A stretch of 64,000 nt of DNA from Vicinamibacteria bacterium (GTDB lineage: Bacteria; Acidobacteriota; Vicinamibacteria; Fen-336): NCBI GenBank assembly GCA_016934575.1, contig JAFGSN010000052.1, forward strand, positions 3,868-67,867. The letters run 5' to 3'. How positions within the stretch are numbered: the first letter of the stretch is position 1; every line of letters starts with the position of its first letter. Position numbers and translations under genes: made by a program. Shown here piece by piece: positions 29,596 through 40,000 of this stretch. The notes under the pieces are model-generated. The model did no database searches. It saw only the letters and a program-made list of their open reading frames with translations, and was not told the DNA's origin.

Positions 29596-30261
29596 TCACG
29601 AACGCCAACCGAGCCAGAGCGTGTATTGACCGCATCCACGGATCAATGGCTGGCGGCGAAACGGCCTCTCGATGGCGGCCAGAGCGCCGAACGCCTGAGG
29701 ATGCGACTGCGCCCACGCCGCGTTTTCGGGACCCGGCATGAGCCAGCCAAGGCTGCAATACGGACGCCAGCGAAGCGCGACATCTTGCGACCTCGGCGGG
29801 GCAAGGTAATCCCTTCGTCGAATCCAGCCAAAGCCAACCCTTCGGCTCGGAAGAGTCAGAAGCGCGAAACCGCCCTTCCGCAGAGCGCGCGACAGCCATT
29901 CGCACACCATGGGCAGCGCATCCCGTTCGGGCGCGTCGGGAAACGCATAGGCGGCGTCCAATGAGTCGTGAAGATACGCCAGATCCGCGCCGATCGACGC
30001 TTCGATCTTCCACCGTTCGGCGCCCGGCATGCTCCTCTGCGCTCTGTCTGCCCATTGACGCGTCCGCCCGGAGCCAGCCTCCAGTATGCGGCGGACCGAG
30101 AAGCCGCGCTCCGCGAGATGGAACGCCGTCTCCGCCGTCCCGCCGCCCACATCAACGACGCTGGCTCTCTCCGGCATGAGGCTTATGAGATGTTCCTCGA
30201 ACACGAAGCGATAAAAAGCCATCACCGGATTCGCCGCATCCTGTTTCCGACAGTCCTTCAT
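29596..30261 (-). CDS. Class I SAM-dependent methyltransferase-like protein (possibly degenerate)
   Basis: VVDVGGGTAETAFHLAERG, SLDAAY, ALRKGG; start uncertain. Confidence 0.5.
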   Translation of the reverse strand: MKDCRKQDAANPVMAFYRFVFEEHLISLMPERASVVDVGGGTAETAFHLAERGFSVRRILEAGSGRTRQWADRAQRSMPGAERWKIEASIGADLAYLHDSLDAAYAFPDAPERDALPMVCEWLSRALRKGGFALLTLPSRRVGFGWIRRRDYLAPPRSQDVALRWRPYCSLGWLMPGPENAAWAQSHPQAFGALAAIERPFRRQPLIRGCGQYTLWLGWRS

Positions 30262-30428
30262 GCGGACCCCGCTCGCGCAAAGACAACGACAAAAGACAAC
30301 GAAGACGACGATGCGCAGCCTACCATACGCGCGCGATGGCGCTCTCAACGGGCCGGCTGGTTTGACGGCATTTCCGGGCGCGTGATAGTTTGTCTCGTTC
30401 GGCGGAATTGTCCGTCTTTATTCGAACC

Positions 30429-33236
30429 ATGGCCACGAACGACATGAAAGCGACTCTCAACTTGCCGCGCACCGATTTTCCGATGAAGGCCAATCTCTCG
30501 CAAAGCGAGCCGGCACGGCTCGAAAGCTGGAAAGAAAGCGATCTCTACGGCCGGATCGCTCAAGCGCGACGAGGCGCCGCGCCGTTCATGCTGCACGACG
30601 GACCCCCATATGCGAACGGCCACATCCACCTCGGCCATGTCGTGAACAAGGTTCTCAAGGATTTCCTGGTTCGCAGTCGGAGCATGGCGGGCTGTCACGC
30701 TCCGTACATACCCGGTTGGGATTGCCACGGATTGCCCATCGAGCTGCAAGTCGATCGTAATCTGGGCGCCAAGAAAAAGGACTTGTCTCCCGTCGCCTTC
30801 CGCAGGGCCTGCCGTGCTTACGCGGAAAAATTCGTCGGCATTCAGCGAAAGGAATTCGAGCGACTCGGCGTGCTGGGCGAGTGGGATCACGCCTACTTGA
30901 CGATGCACCCCTCCTACCAGGCGGCCATCGTGAGACAACTGGCGGTCTTCATCGAAAAAGGGATGGTCTATCGGGCGAAAAAATCCGTCCACTGGTGCGT
31001 TTCCTGTCGCACGGCGCTGGCGGAAGCCGAAGTCGAGTACGACGAGAATCACTTGAGTCCGTCGATCGACGTGCGATTCCGTCTGGCGAACGAAGAGGCC
31101 GAGCGTCTCGCGTCGCGTCATGAGGCGCTGCGCGGTCGGCGCGTCTTCGCCGTGATCTGGACGACGACCCCCTGGACTCTGCCGGCCAACCTGGCGCTCG
31201 CCGTGCATCCTGATCACGACTACGCCTTTTACGAAATCGCGGACACGGGAGACATCGTGATCGTCGCCGAGCGTCTCCGCGAGGCCGCGTCGGCGCGTTG
31301 GCGCGACGCAGGAGTCGCGCTCACGACGCCGATGCTCTCCCTCAAGGGGCGCGATCTCGAGGGCTGGCGTTTCCGCCATCCCTGGATCGATCGCGATTCT
31401 CCGGTCGTGCTCGCGGAGTACGTGACGCTCGACGCCGGCACCGGCGTTGTTCATACTGCTCCGGGACACGGCTGGGACGACTACCTGACGGGCATGCGCT
31501 ATGCAATGGACATCTACTGCCCCGTCGACGAAGCGGGACGATTCCTGGCCGAAGTCGAACGCTTTGCCGGAATGAAGGTCTTCGACGCGAATCCGGGCAT
31601 CATGGACCTGCTGAAGGAGCGCAACGCGCTCATTCAAGCGTCGGAGGACCGTCATTCGTATCCCATCTGCTGGCGCTGCAAGCATCCCGTGATATTCCGC
31701 GCCACCGAGCAATGGTTCATCGGCCTGGACGCCGCCGGCCTTCGCGACCGGGCGCTGACCGCCGTGAGTCAGGCGCGCTGGTATCCCTCGTGGGGCGAGG
31801 AGCGCATCCGCAACATGATCGCCACGCGTCCCGACTGGTGCATCTCGCGGCAGCGATTGTGGGGCGTGCCGATCCCGGCCTTCTACTGCAAGAGCTGCGG
31901 CGAGACGATACTGACCGCCGCGCTGGCGCGGCGTTCGGCCGACCTTTTCGAGCGCGAGAGCGCCGACGCATGGTATGAACGCGAAGCGGCGGCGATCCTG
32001 CCCCCCGGATTTCAATGCTCGAAGTGCGGCGGAGCGTCTTTCGACAAGGAGAGAGACATTCTCGACGTCTGGTTCGACTCCGGATCATCCTACCCCGCGC
32101 TGCGCGTCTTGCGCCCCGAGCTTCCTCCTCAAGCCGACTGTTATCTCGAGGGCAGCGACCAACATCGCGGCTGGTTTCACTCCTCGCTCCTCATCGGCGT
32201 CGGCACCGTCGGCCGCGCCCCCTTCAAGCAGGCGATCACGCACGGCTTCACGGTCGACGCCGACGGCCGGAAGATGTCGAAGACCGAGGGCAACGTCGTC
32301 GATCCCCAAAAGATCGTGGCCAGTCACGGCGCCGAGATCCTGCGCTTGTGGGTCGCAATGGTCGACTACCGCGAGGACATGCGCATCTCGGATGAGATGA
32401 TCAGGCGGCTTGCCGAGGCTTATCGCAAGATCCGCAACACGTGTCGATATCTGCTCTCCAATCTTTACGATTTCGATCCGTCGTGTGACGCCGTCGGCGA
32501 AGAGCGTTGCGAAGAAATCGATCGCTATGCCCTGGCGCGCCATCGGCAGTTCGCACGCCGCGTGCTTTCGGCCTATGAAGCCTTCGAATTCCACGTCGTC
32601 TATCACCAGCTCGTTCAGTACTGCGCGGTCGATCTGTCCGCGTTCTATCTGGACGTTCTTAAAGACCGCCTCTACTGCGACGCGACGGCCGGATCGAGAC
32701 GACGATCGTCGCAGACCGTCCTCTGGCGCGTCGCGCGCGACTTGGCGCGTCTGATGGCGCCGGTTCTTCCGATCACGGCCGATGAAGTCTTCTCATTCCT
32801 GCCCGGACAGCGGCCGGAATCGGTCCACCTTGATCGTTTTCCCGACGCCGAACCGGTCGACGAAGCTCTGTTGGCGGAATGGCAGGGCCTGCTCGATGTA
32901 CGTTCCGCCGTCACCAAGGCCCTGGAGGAAGCGCGCGCGGAACGTCGCATCGCTTCCAGCCTCGAGGCGCACGTCGCGCTGCGGGGACCCGCCGGCGTTC
33001 TTGCGCCGCTTCGGGCATACGAGAGCCGTTCCACGCTCGCCCCGGGAAATCTGGCATGCCTGTTCATCGTTTCCGGAACGGACTTGCATGACCAAGACGG
33101 CGCGCTCACGATCGAAGTGGCGCGCGCCGCTGGCGAAAAGTGCGAGCGCTGCTGGTCGTATTCGACACGGTTGCGGCGGACGAATTCGTCGGCCGCCGTC
33201 TGCGAGCGTTGCGCCGCCGTCCTGGAGAGCGCATGA
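30429..33236 (+). CDS. ileS: Isoleucyl-tRNA synthetase (type 1)
   Basis: TLNLPRTDFPM, HDGPPYANG, HLGH, GWDCHGLPIE, WTTTPWTLP, DWCISRQR, EGSDQHRGWF, KMSKT, C-terminal CERCW Zn finger. Confidence 0.98.
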   Translation: MATNDMKATLNLPRTDFPMKANLSQSEPARLESWKESDLYGRIAQARRGAAPFMLHDGPPYANGHIHLGHVVNKVLKDFLVRSRSMAGCHAPYIPGWDCHGLPIELQVDRNLGAKKKDLSPVAFRRACRAYAEKFVGIQRKEFERLGVLGEWDHAYLTMHPSYQAAIVRQLAVFIEKGMVYRAKKSVHWCVSCRTALAEAEVEYDENHLSPSIDVRFRLANEEAERLASRHEALRGRRVFAVIWTTTPWTLPANLALAVHPDHDYAFYEIADTGDIVIVAERLREAASARWRDAGVALTTPMLSLKGRDLEGWRFRHPWIDRDSPVVLAEYVTLDAGTGVVHTAPGHGWDDYLTGMRYAMDIYCPVDEAGRFLAEVERFAGMKVFDANPGIMDLLKERNALIQASEDRHSYPICWRCKHPVIFRATEQWFIGLDAAGLRDRALTAVSQARWYPSWGEERIRNMIATRPDWCISRQRLWGVPIPAFYCKSCGETILTAALARRSADLFERESADAWYEREAAAILPPGFQCSKCGGASFDKERDILDVWFDSGSSYPALRVLRPELPPQADCYLEGSDQHRGWFHSSLLIGVGTVGRAPFKQAITHGFTVDADGRKMSKTEGNVVDPQKIVASHGAEILRLWVAMVDYREDMRISDEMIRRLAEAYRKIRNTCRYLLSNLYDFDPSCDAVGEERCEEIDRYALARHRQFARRVLSAYEAFEFHVVYHQLVQYCAVDLSAFYLDVLKDRLYCDATAGSRRRSSQTVLWRVARDLARLMAPVLPITADEVFSFLPGQRPESVHLDRFPDAEPVDEALLAEWQGLLDVRSAVTKALEEARAERRIASSLEAHVALRGPAGVLAPLRAYESRSTLAPGNLACLFIVSGTDLHDQDGALTIEVARAAGEKCERCWSYSTRLRRTNSSAAVCERCAAVLESA

Positions 33237-33775
33237 CGCGCGCGCGACGACGTTTCGCCTTCTACGCCGTCATCGTCGTGAGCGTCTTCGTCGCGGACCA
33301 GATCATCAAGCGAATCGTCGACCGGCTGTTCATGCTGCACGAAAGCCATGAGATCATCCCCGGCATGCTGAATCTCACGCATACCCGCAACTGGGGAGCG
33401 GCGTTCGGTCTGTTTTCGGACCGGACGCTGCCCGCGCAGACCGTCATCCTGACTCTCGTGAGCATGGCGGCGCTCGTCGCCATCTTCCTGTACTTCATTC
33501 GACTTCCCGCCGGCCGCGTTCTGCCCCACGCGGGGCTCTCTCTGGTGCTGGGCGGGGCGCTCGGCAATCTGGCCGACAGAATCCGTGTTGGATACGTGAC
33601 CGACTTCGTGGACGTCTATTGGCGTGAATACCACTGGCCGACGTTCAACGTCGCCGACTCGGCGATCACCATCGGCGTCGGCCTGCTGCTCATCGACATG
33701 CTCCGCGACCGAACGCCGCGAACGACCGAGTCCGGAGCCGTCAATCCCCGCGTCGCCGCGGAAAGGATGGAGTAA
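33233..33775 (+). CDS. lspA: Lipoprotein signal peptidase II
   Basis: DQIIK, NWGAAFG, GALGNLADR, VTDF, FNVADSAI; ATGA coupling with ileS. Confidence 0.95.
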   Translation: MTRARRRFAFYAVIVVSVFVADQIIKRIVDRLFMLHESHEIIPGMLNLTHTRNWGAAFGLFSDRTLPAQTVILTLVSMAALVAIFLYFIRLPAGRVLPHAGLSLVLGGALGNLADRIRVGYVTDFVDVYWREYHWPTFNVADSAITIGVGLLLIDMLRDRTPRTTESGAVNPRVAAERME

Positions 33776-34771
33776 ATGTGGCCCCGTATCTTTTCAGTGC
33801 GCGCCTTTGAGATCCCCGGCTCTCCGATCGGTCTCACGATTCTCCTCGTGGGTTTGGCGCTCGTCGCGCTCGTGTGGTTCGCCGCCCTCTGGATGCGAAA
33901 ACGGAGCGCGAGCGGAGCGCGAGCGATCGAGTACGCCGCATACGCCGCCGCCGCCGTTCTGATCGCGGCATTCCTCCTGCCCGGCCGTCGTCTGGGGCCC
34001 TTCACTCTCCACACATACGGTTTGACGCTCGCCGTCGCGTTCCTTGTCGGGCTCTGGATCGTCGCGCGCCGCGCGCGCAAGGAAGGGCTCGAAGTCGCGC
34101 GGATGACCGACCTGTCGATCTTCATGCTGATCGCGGGCCTGATCGGAGCCAAGCTCTTCATGGTGATCGTCGAGTGGCGCCATTTCTCGCGTCACTTCCA
34201 ATGGCGCGACATCTGGTCGTTGCTGCAGAGCGGGGGCGTCTTCTATGGCGGCCTGCTCGTCGCGCTGCCCGTCGCCTGGTGGTACATGAGGAAACACGGG
34301 CTTCCAACATGGAAAGCGCTGGACGTTCTGGCCCAGGGTCTCGTGCTGGGTCAAGCGATCGGACGCCTGGGCTGCTTCTCCGCGGGCTGCTGTTACGGTC
34401 GCGGCTTTCAAGGCGCCTGGGCAGTGACGTTTCGCGACATCGAGGCATGGCGAACGCTCGGCACTCCGCTGGACACGCCGCTCCATCCGACCCAGCTCTA
34501 CGAATCCGCCGCGGCGCTGCTCATCTTTTTCCTTCTCGTCTGGCTCGCCCCGCGCAAGCGATTCCATGGCCAGATCGCGCTCGTCTACCTTCTCGCCTAT
34601 TCCTCGGCGCGCTTCGTGGTCGAGTTCTTTAGAGGAGATTCTGGAAGGGGCCTGCTCTTCGGCAACGCGCTCTCAACCGCCCAGGTCGTCGGCATCGTGA
34701 TCGTTGTCGTGACGCTGGCGATCATGCCCTATCTCGCCAAGACGCAACGCGTCACCACGCCGGGCGCATGA
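33776..34771 (+). CDS. lgt: Prolipoprotein diacylglyceryl transferase with an N-terminal hydrophobic insertion
   Basis: GPFTLHTYG, GGVFYGG, GQAIGRLGCF, HPTQLYE, RFVVEFFR. Confidence 0.93.
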   Translation: MWPRIFSVRAFEIPGSPIGLTILLVGLALVALVWFAALWMRKRSASGARAIEYAAYAAAAVLIAAFLLPGRRLGPFTLHTYGLTLAVAFLVGLWIVARRARKEGLEVARMTDLSIFMLIAGLIGAKLFMVIVEWRHFSRHFQWRDIWSLLQSGGVFYGGLLVALPVAWWYMRKHGLPTWKALDVLAQGLVLGQAIGRLGCFSAGCCYGRGFQGAWAVTFRDIEAWRTLGTPLDTPLHPTQLYESAAALLIFFLLVWLAPRKRFHGQIALVYLLAYSSARFVVEFFRGDSGRGLLFGNALSTAQVVGIVIVVVTLAIMPYLAKTQRVTTPGA

Positions 34772-34813
34772 CGGCGGCCTCCCGGCCTTGACGGCCGGAT
34801 CGTTCTTCACGTC

Positions 34814-35812
34814 ATGCCGGACGATATCAGAATGCGCGTGGACGCAAGCGGCGCGGACTCCCGTCTCGACTCCTGGCTGGCGCGCGTCATGCCGGAGCAT
34901 TCACGCTCGCGGATAAGGGACTGGATTGAACGGGGATTCGTCACGATCGACGGCGCGCTTCCCCGTCCCGCGACACGACTTCGCTCCGGACAGGCCGTGC
35001 GCGTCACGATGCCGCCGATCTTGGCGGCGGAACCGCTGCCGGAAGCGCTGCCATTGCACATCGTCCATGAGGACGCGAATCTCATCGTGATCGACAAACC
35101 CGCCGGCCTTGTCGTTCATCCGGGCGCCGGCGTTTCAAGCGGCACGCTCGTCAACGCCCTGTTGCATCATGTCCGAGACCTCTCCGGCGTGGGCGGAGTC
35201 TTGCGCCCCGGCATCGTCCACCGTCTCGACCGCGGCACTTCAGGCCTGTTGGTCGTCGCCAAGGACGACGCGACGCATCGCGATCTCGTCCTTCAGTTCT
35301 CGGGTCGGACCGTCGAAAAGAACTATCTGGCCGTGACGCTGGGCGAACCGCGTCCCGCGCGCGGCGTCGTTCAGGCGCCGATCGGGCGCGACGCCGCGCA
35401 TCGTCACAAGATGTCCACGCGCGCGGCGCGCGGGCGTCCGGCGACGACCGAATACGAAACGATCGAGACGTTCGACGGCGCCGCGCTGCTGCGAGTGCGA
35501 TTATTGACCGGACGTACGCATCAGATCCGCGTGCACCTGACCTCGATCGGACATCCCCTGGCCGGCGACGCCGTCTATGGCGGCGGCCGGACGCCGCCCA
35601 CGCGCAACCCCTTGACGCACGAGGCATTGCTGCGTTTCACGCGTCCCGCGCTCCATGCAACGCTGCTCGCTTTCGAGCACCCGTCCCTTCGCCGCCGTCT
35701 GGTCTTTGAAAGTCCGCCTCCGGAAGATCTGGAGCGCTTGATCGACGATCTTCGCGCCGCAAGAAAGGCGGCCCTGGGCGGCCACGCGCGAACCGCTCCG
35801 GCAAACGGCTGA
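34814..35812 (+). CDS. rluD: RluA-family 23S rRNA pseudouridine synthase with S4 domain
   Basis: RLD S4 domain, DKPAGLVVHP, GIVHRLDRGTSG, TGRTHQIRVH, GDAVYG. Confidence 0.9.
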   Translation: MPDDIRMRVDASGADSRLDSWLARVMPEHSRSRIRDWIERGFVTIDGALPRPATRLRSGQAVRVTMPPILAAEPLPEALPLHIVHEDANLIVIDKPAGLVVHPGAGVSSGTLVNALLHHVRDLSGVGGVLRPGIVHRLDRGTSGLLVVAKDDATHRDLVLQFSGRTVEKNYLAVTLGEPRPARGVVQAPIGRDAAHRHKMSTRAARGRPATTEYETIETFDGAALLRVRLLTGRTHQIRVHLTSIGHPLAGDAVYGGGRTPPTRNPLTHEALLRFTRPALHATLLAFEHPSLRRRLVFESPPPEDLERLIDDLRAARKAALGGHARTAPANG

Positions 35813-35899
35813 GCCTCATGGCCCGCACCCTGGACGGCCGGCGTCAATCGAGACAGAATCCGTCTTCGGAACGATAATAGTATCGGAGACGAATGGAAA

Positions 35900-36469
35900 A
35901 TGGAGAACCGTTCTTCGCGCCCCAACACGACCGGCGGCGCGCTACGACTCGACTCGCGCACCATCCATGAAGGCAAGGTCTTCTCCGTCGAAGCGGTCGA
36001 GGTTATGGAACCGGGGGAAATTCGATCCATGCGCGAGGTCGTCCGACATCGCGGATCGGCGGCCGTGCTGCCGATTCATGACGACGGCCGCCTGTCGCTT
36101 ATTCGGCAGTACCGCTTCCCCGTTGACGATCGCGTCTGGGAGCTGCCCGCCGGCAGGATTGAACAGGGAGAGACGCCCGCTCAAAGCGCGGCGCGCGAGA
36201 TGGAGGAAGAAATCGGATTGCGGGCCGAATCGATCGAGCCCCTGGTCGTGTATTTTTCGACTCCCGGTTTCTGTGATGAAACGATGCACGTCTTCCGCGC
36301 CACGCGCCTTTCGCGCGTCCCGCCGCGCCCCGAAGTCGACGAAAAAATCGAAGCGCGCGTGTTTTCCCTCGACGAGGCGCGCGCGATGATCGCGCGCGGC
36401 GAGATCCGCGACGGCAAGACCTTGATCGCCCTTCTTCTGGAGAGCGAGCGACAGAGGAGATCGTCATGA
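35900..36469 (+). CDS. NUDIX hydrolase (ADP-ribose pyrophosphatase-like)
   Basis: RQYRFP, ELPAGRIEQGE...AAREMEEEIG Nudix box, STPGF, IRDGKT. Confidence 0.9.
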   Translation: MENRSSRPNTTGGALRLDSRTIHEGKVFSVEAVEVMEPGEIRSMREVVRHRGSAAVLPIHDDGRLSLIRQYRFPVDDRVWELPAGRIEQGETPAQSAAREMEEEIGLRAESIEPLVVYFSTPGFCDETMHVFRATRLSRVPPRPEVDEKIEARVFSLDEARAMIARGEIRDGKTLIALLLESERQRRSS

Positions 36470-36966
36470 CCGACCGACGTCATACGCGCAGGCGCACGAT
36501 GTCCAACGTTCGCAGCGGCGTCCTCTCGGTGGGTTCGCGCAAGCACATCGTCGCCGTCGTCGACCTGAGTCCGGAAGGCGCCTTTCTCACGACGCGAGCG
36601 GAGGTCTCGGCCGCGGATGAAATGACGCTCGAGCTGATGCTGCCCCGCCGCAGCCGCGTCGTCCGCCTGCCGTGCCGTCTGGTCTGGCGCAGCGAACGCT
36701 TCGACGCGACCACGGGGCACCCGGCGGGCATCGCGGTCCGCTTCGAGCCGTTGGACGCCGAGACGAATCGACACATCGAAGAATTCGCCCGTACCGGCTT
36801 TAGGCTGTCGGAACAGCCGGCGACGTCGCGTTACGAGTACATCATCATCGAGCGCAAAGACGTCGACGTCGACGAGCTCAACCAGCTCGGCCGCGAAGGA
36901 TGGGCGCTGGTCGCGACGCCCCTGTCACGACGCGGAATGCGACTGGTGCTGATGCGCCCGCTCTGA
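36466..36966 (+). CDS. PilZ domain protein with C-terminal DUF4177-like segment
   Basis: RRHTRR and DLSPEG c-di-GMP motifs, GIAVRF; YEY...LNQLGREGWALV. Confidence 0.75.
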   Translation: MTDRRHTRRRTMSNVRSGVLSVGSRKHIVAVVDLSPEGAFLTTRAEVSAADEMTLELMLPRRSRVVRLPCRLVWRSERFDATTGHPAGIAVRFEPLDAETNRHIEEFARTGFRLSEQPATSRYEYIIIERKDVDVDELNQLGREGWALVATPLSRRGMRLVLMRPL

Positions 36967-37045
36967 TGCGCGAATCACGCGCCGGATGGGCCGCGGGTCG
37001 GCTCTCGGCCCCCTGGATCCCCTGGAGAGGTCGAATCGATACGCC

Positions 37046-40000
37046 ATGCGTTTGAGATTGTCGCGACGCGCCGGCCTGATCACCGTTCTGTTGTTGGTCT
37101 TCTGTTTGGGCCTGTTCAGCTTCGGATTGTTCCCCCAGGATCCCTTGCGTCGCCTGGCGGAACAAAGACTTCGCGCCGCGGTAGGTCCGCGCTGCCGCAT
37201 CGGTCAGCTTCATGTCATTCCCATCCGCCTGGCCGTCTCGGCCCGTGACGTCGTGCTGGCAAGCGACGGCTTCGAGCTCTCCATCGAACGAGGCAGCGCG
37301 GCACTTTCCCTCGATGCGCTCCTTGGCCGCGCCCTGTCCCTGAGGTCGCTCACTCTGCATCGGCCGCTCCTCCGTCTCAATTCGGCGCCGGCATCCGATG
37401 AAACGCCCCCCTTGGCGCTTCCCCCGATCGTCCTGAAACGCGTTCTGGTCACCGACGGCCGTTTCATTTACGCCGGCGCCAAGGAGCGTTTCGATCTCTC
37501 CGGCATAGAAGTCCGCGGCGGCATGGGAGAGGGCCGGCTCGACGTTCGGGTCCGTCACGGCCAGTTCCTTAAACCGCGTCGGATCGACATCGAGTCACTT
37601 CATGCCCGTCTGATGATCTCGCCGCGATTGGCGCTCGTCATCGAGTCATTCGAAGGCGCGACACGCGGCTCCCGGTTGTCGGTCGACGGCCGCTTGGGAT
37701 CGCTTCTCGACGACTGGAGCCCTGATTTGCGTTTCTCCGGAACGATCGCTCTGGACGAACTATCTCCCCCCGCACCGCAGCTTCATGGCGCCGTCTTCCT
37801 CGAAGGTCGTCTGTCGAAGCGTCAAGACGATCTCGAATGGAACGTCGTTATGAATGGCGCCCGGCTCGATGTCGCCGGCTGGACGATTGATCGCATGCGC
37901 GCATCGCTCAGCCAGTCCTCGGACGCCGGGCTGCGCGCGCGGGCGAAACTCGAAATGTTGAGCGGCGGAATCGACGTTCAGGCGACCATGCGAGAAAAGA
38001 AGTTGATCGCCACGCTCGCCGCGCGCCGCCTGCGTTTCGACCAACGAACGCTTCCCGCGGCCTTCCATCAAGCGGGCGTCGATTTCGACGCATCCGCGAG
38101 AGGCCGTCTCGACGGTCGGCTCACGACTCTGATCAGCGCCCGCGCCACGACGCATATCGGCCGAGACATCGTTGCGAACATCGACGCCGAAAGCTCCGGC
38201 TGGCTGAATCCCACGCGGCAGACGACTGACATGAAGTTCAAGGCCGTGACCGACGCTCGACCGCGTCATGCGTCGGATACGCCCATGTCAATCGTTCGCG
38301 CGACGCTCACGCTGAACGGCCGCGCTGCGGGCGCGCTGAACGATCTCTCCATCGAGAGCGTCCTGGAAGGCCTGGCGACCATCGCGACGCCGTCCGGCGG
38401 TCGTCACGTCGAGATCGCGGGCGAGCTGCGTCGCGTGCATGACCGCCTGACCTCCCGCATCGAAGCGCTGGGCGTCGGCGACGGCGCGCGCCTGGAGCTT
38501 GAAGCGACCGCTGGCCATGTGCGGAACCTCGCGATCAAGGCCGCCAACGTGAATCTGGCGGAGATCCTTCCCGAGTGGAGCGGAAAGGCGGACTGGGTGC
38601 TCGAGGCGTCCGGGCCGCCACAACGCCTCGCGGGTCATTCCCAACTCTCGATCCGTGACGCGTCCTGGCGTTTTCTGGACATCGGATCGGCGACCGCCGC
38701 TTACAAAGGAACGGCGAGCGATGGACGCCTCTCACTACGCGTGCCCGCCTTCAACGTCGCTGGCGACGGCGATCTGCGTCTGGGACGCCGTCCGATCCTG
38801 AACGCTTCGATCTCTTTCGAACGTTTTCCTTTGTCGCCGTTCGCCGCCCTGGTCGAGCGTCCTCTGGAAGGAACGCTCTCCGGCCTCGTCGTCGTCGCTC
38901 TTCCGCTCGATCGCCCCGAGAAGCTGCGCGTGGAGACGCGCCTGTCGGCTCTGAACGCTTCAAGCGAAAGACTCGACGTTCGTCTCGAACGACCGCTTGT
39001 CGTTCGACTCGACGAGACGACGATTGCGATCGACGATCTCGCTCTTCTCGGACCGGCCTTTCTGCTCGAGACGCATGGCGCCTCGAGCCGCCTTGAAAAC
39101 GGCCCCTTGGATCTGTCCGTGAAGCTTTCCGCGGATCTTGCCCGACTGCCGTACCGTTCACGCACGGACCTCGCGGGCGAAGTCGCCGCCGACATTCGCC
39201 TGCGCGGCTCCAGAAAGTCGCCCTCCGCCACGGGCACGATCCTTCTGAGTCGTGTCAACGCCGGCAGCCCGAAGCTCCCGCCGCTTGCGCTGGACTCGGG
39301 ACGTATCACGCTCGACGGCGACGCTTTTCGCTTCGACGACCTCGCCGCCGCGTTCGCGAATGGAACATTGAAACTGCATGGCCGCCTGCCGTTCGAATCC
39401 CTTCGTCCGCGCGACGCTTCTCGCCCGCATTCCGCGGAGGCGGACGTGGATATCGAATGGAGCGGCATCGAAGCCGCGCGGATTCTCGCGTCGCTCGCTC
39501 CTCGCGGCGTCGAGGGCGGCGCGCCTCGAATCAACGCTCGACTTTCAGGACGCCTCCACATCGGCGGCCGGCCGACGAGCCTGGAATCGATACGCGCGCG
39601 CCTGGTCTTCAACGAAACGCCTCTGACTATCGAGGAAGCGGGCGTCGTGATCTCTCAGGCAATCCTGACGATGGATGGCGGCGTCGTCCACACCGACGGC
39701 GTCGCGCTGGACAGCGAGCAAGGCGAGTTCTCCATGCGTGGAGACGTCGATCTGCTTCGACGACGTCTCGACGTCGGCGGCGACGGGGCGCTGAATCTGC
39801 GGATGCTTTCGCCTTTCCTCAGCGATATGGCGTTCGGCGGTCGCGCCGAGGCGCACGTCGCCGTCGGAGGAAGCTTCGACTCTCCCGACATGCGCGGCAG
39901 CGTCGACATCAAGGACGGCTTGCTGCGATTCCGCGAACTGCGCCAGCCGCTCACGGCAATCGACGCAAGATTGCAGTTCGATCGCGCTGCGATCCGATTA

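Noticed and set aside
32270-32290. IleRS KMSKT (instead of KMSKS) and HLGH as a sign of mupirocin resistance
   Set aside because: Conservative variants in an otherwise standard type 1 IleRS in the usual ileS-lspA context.
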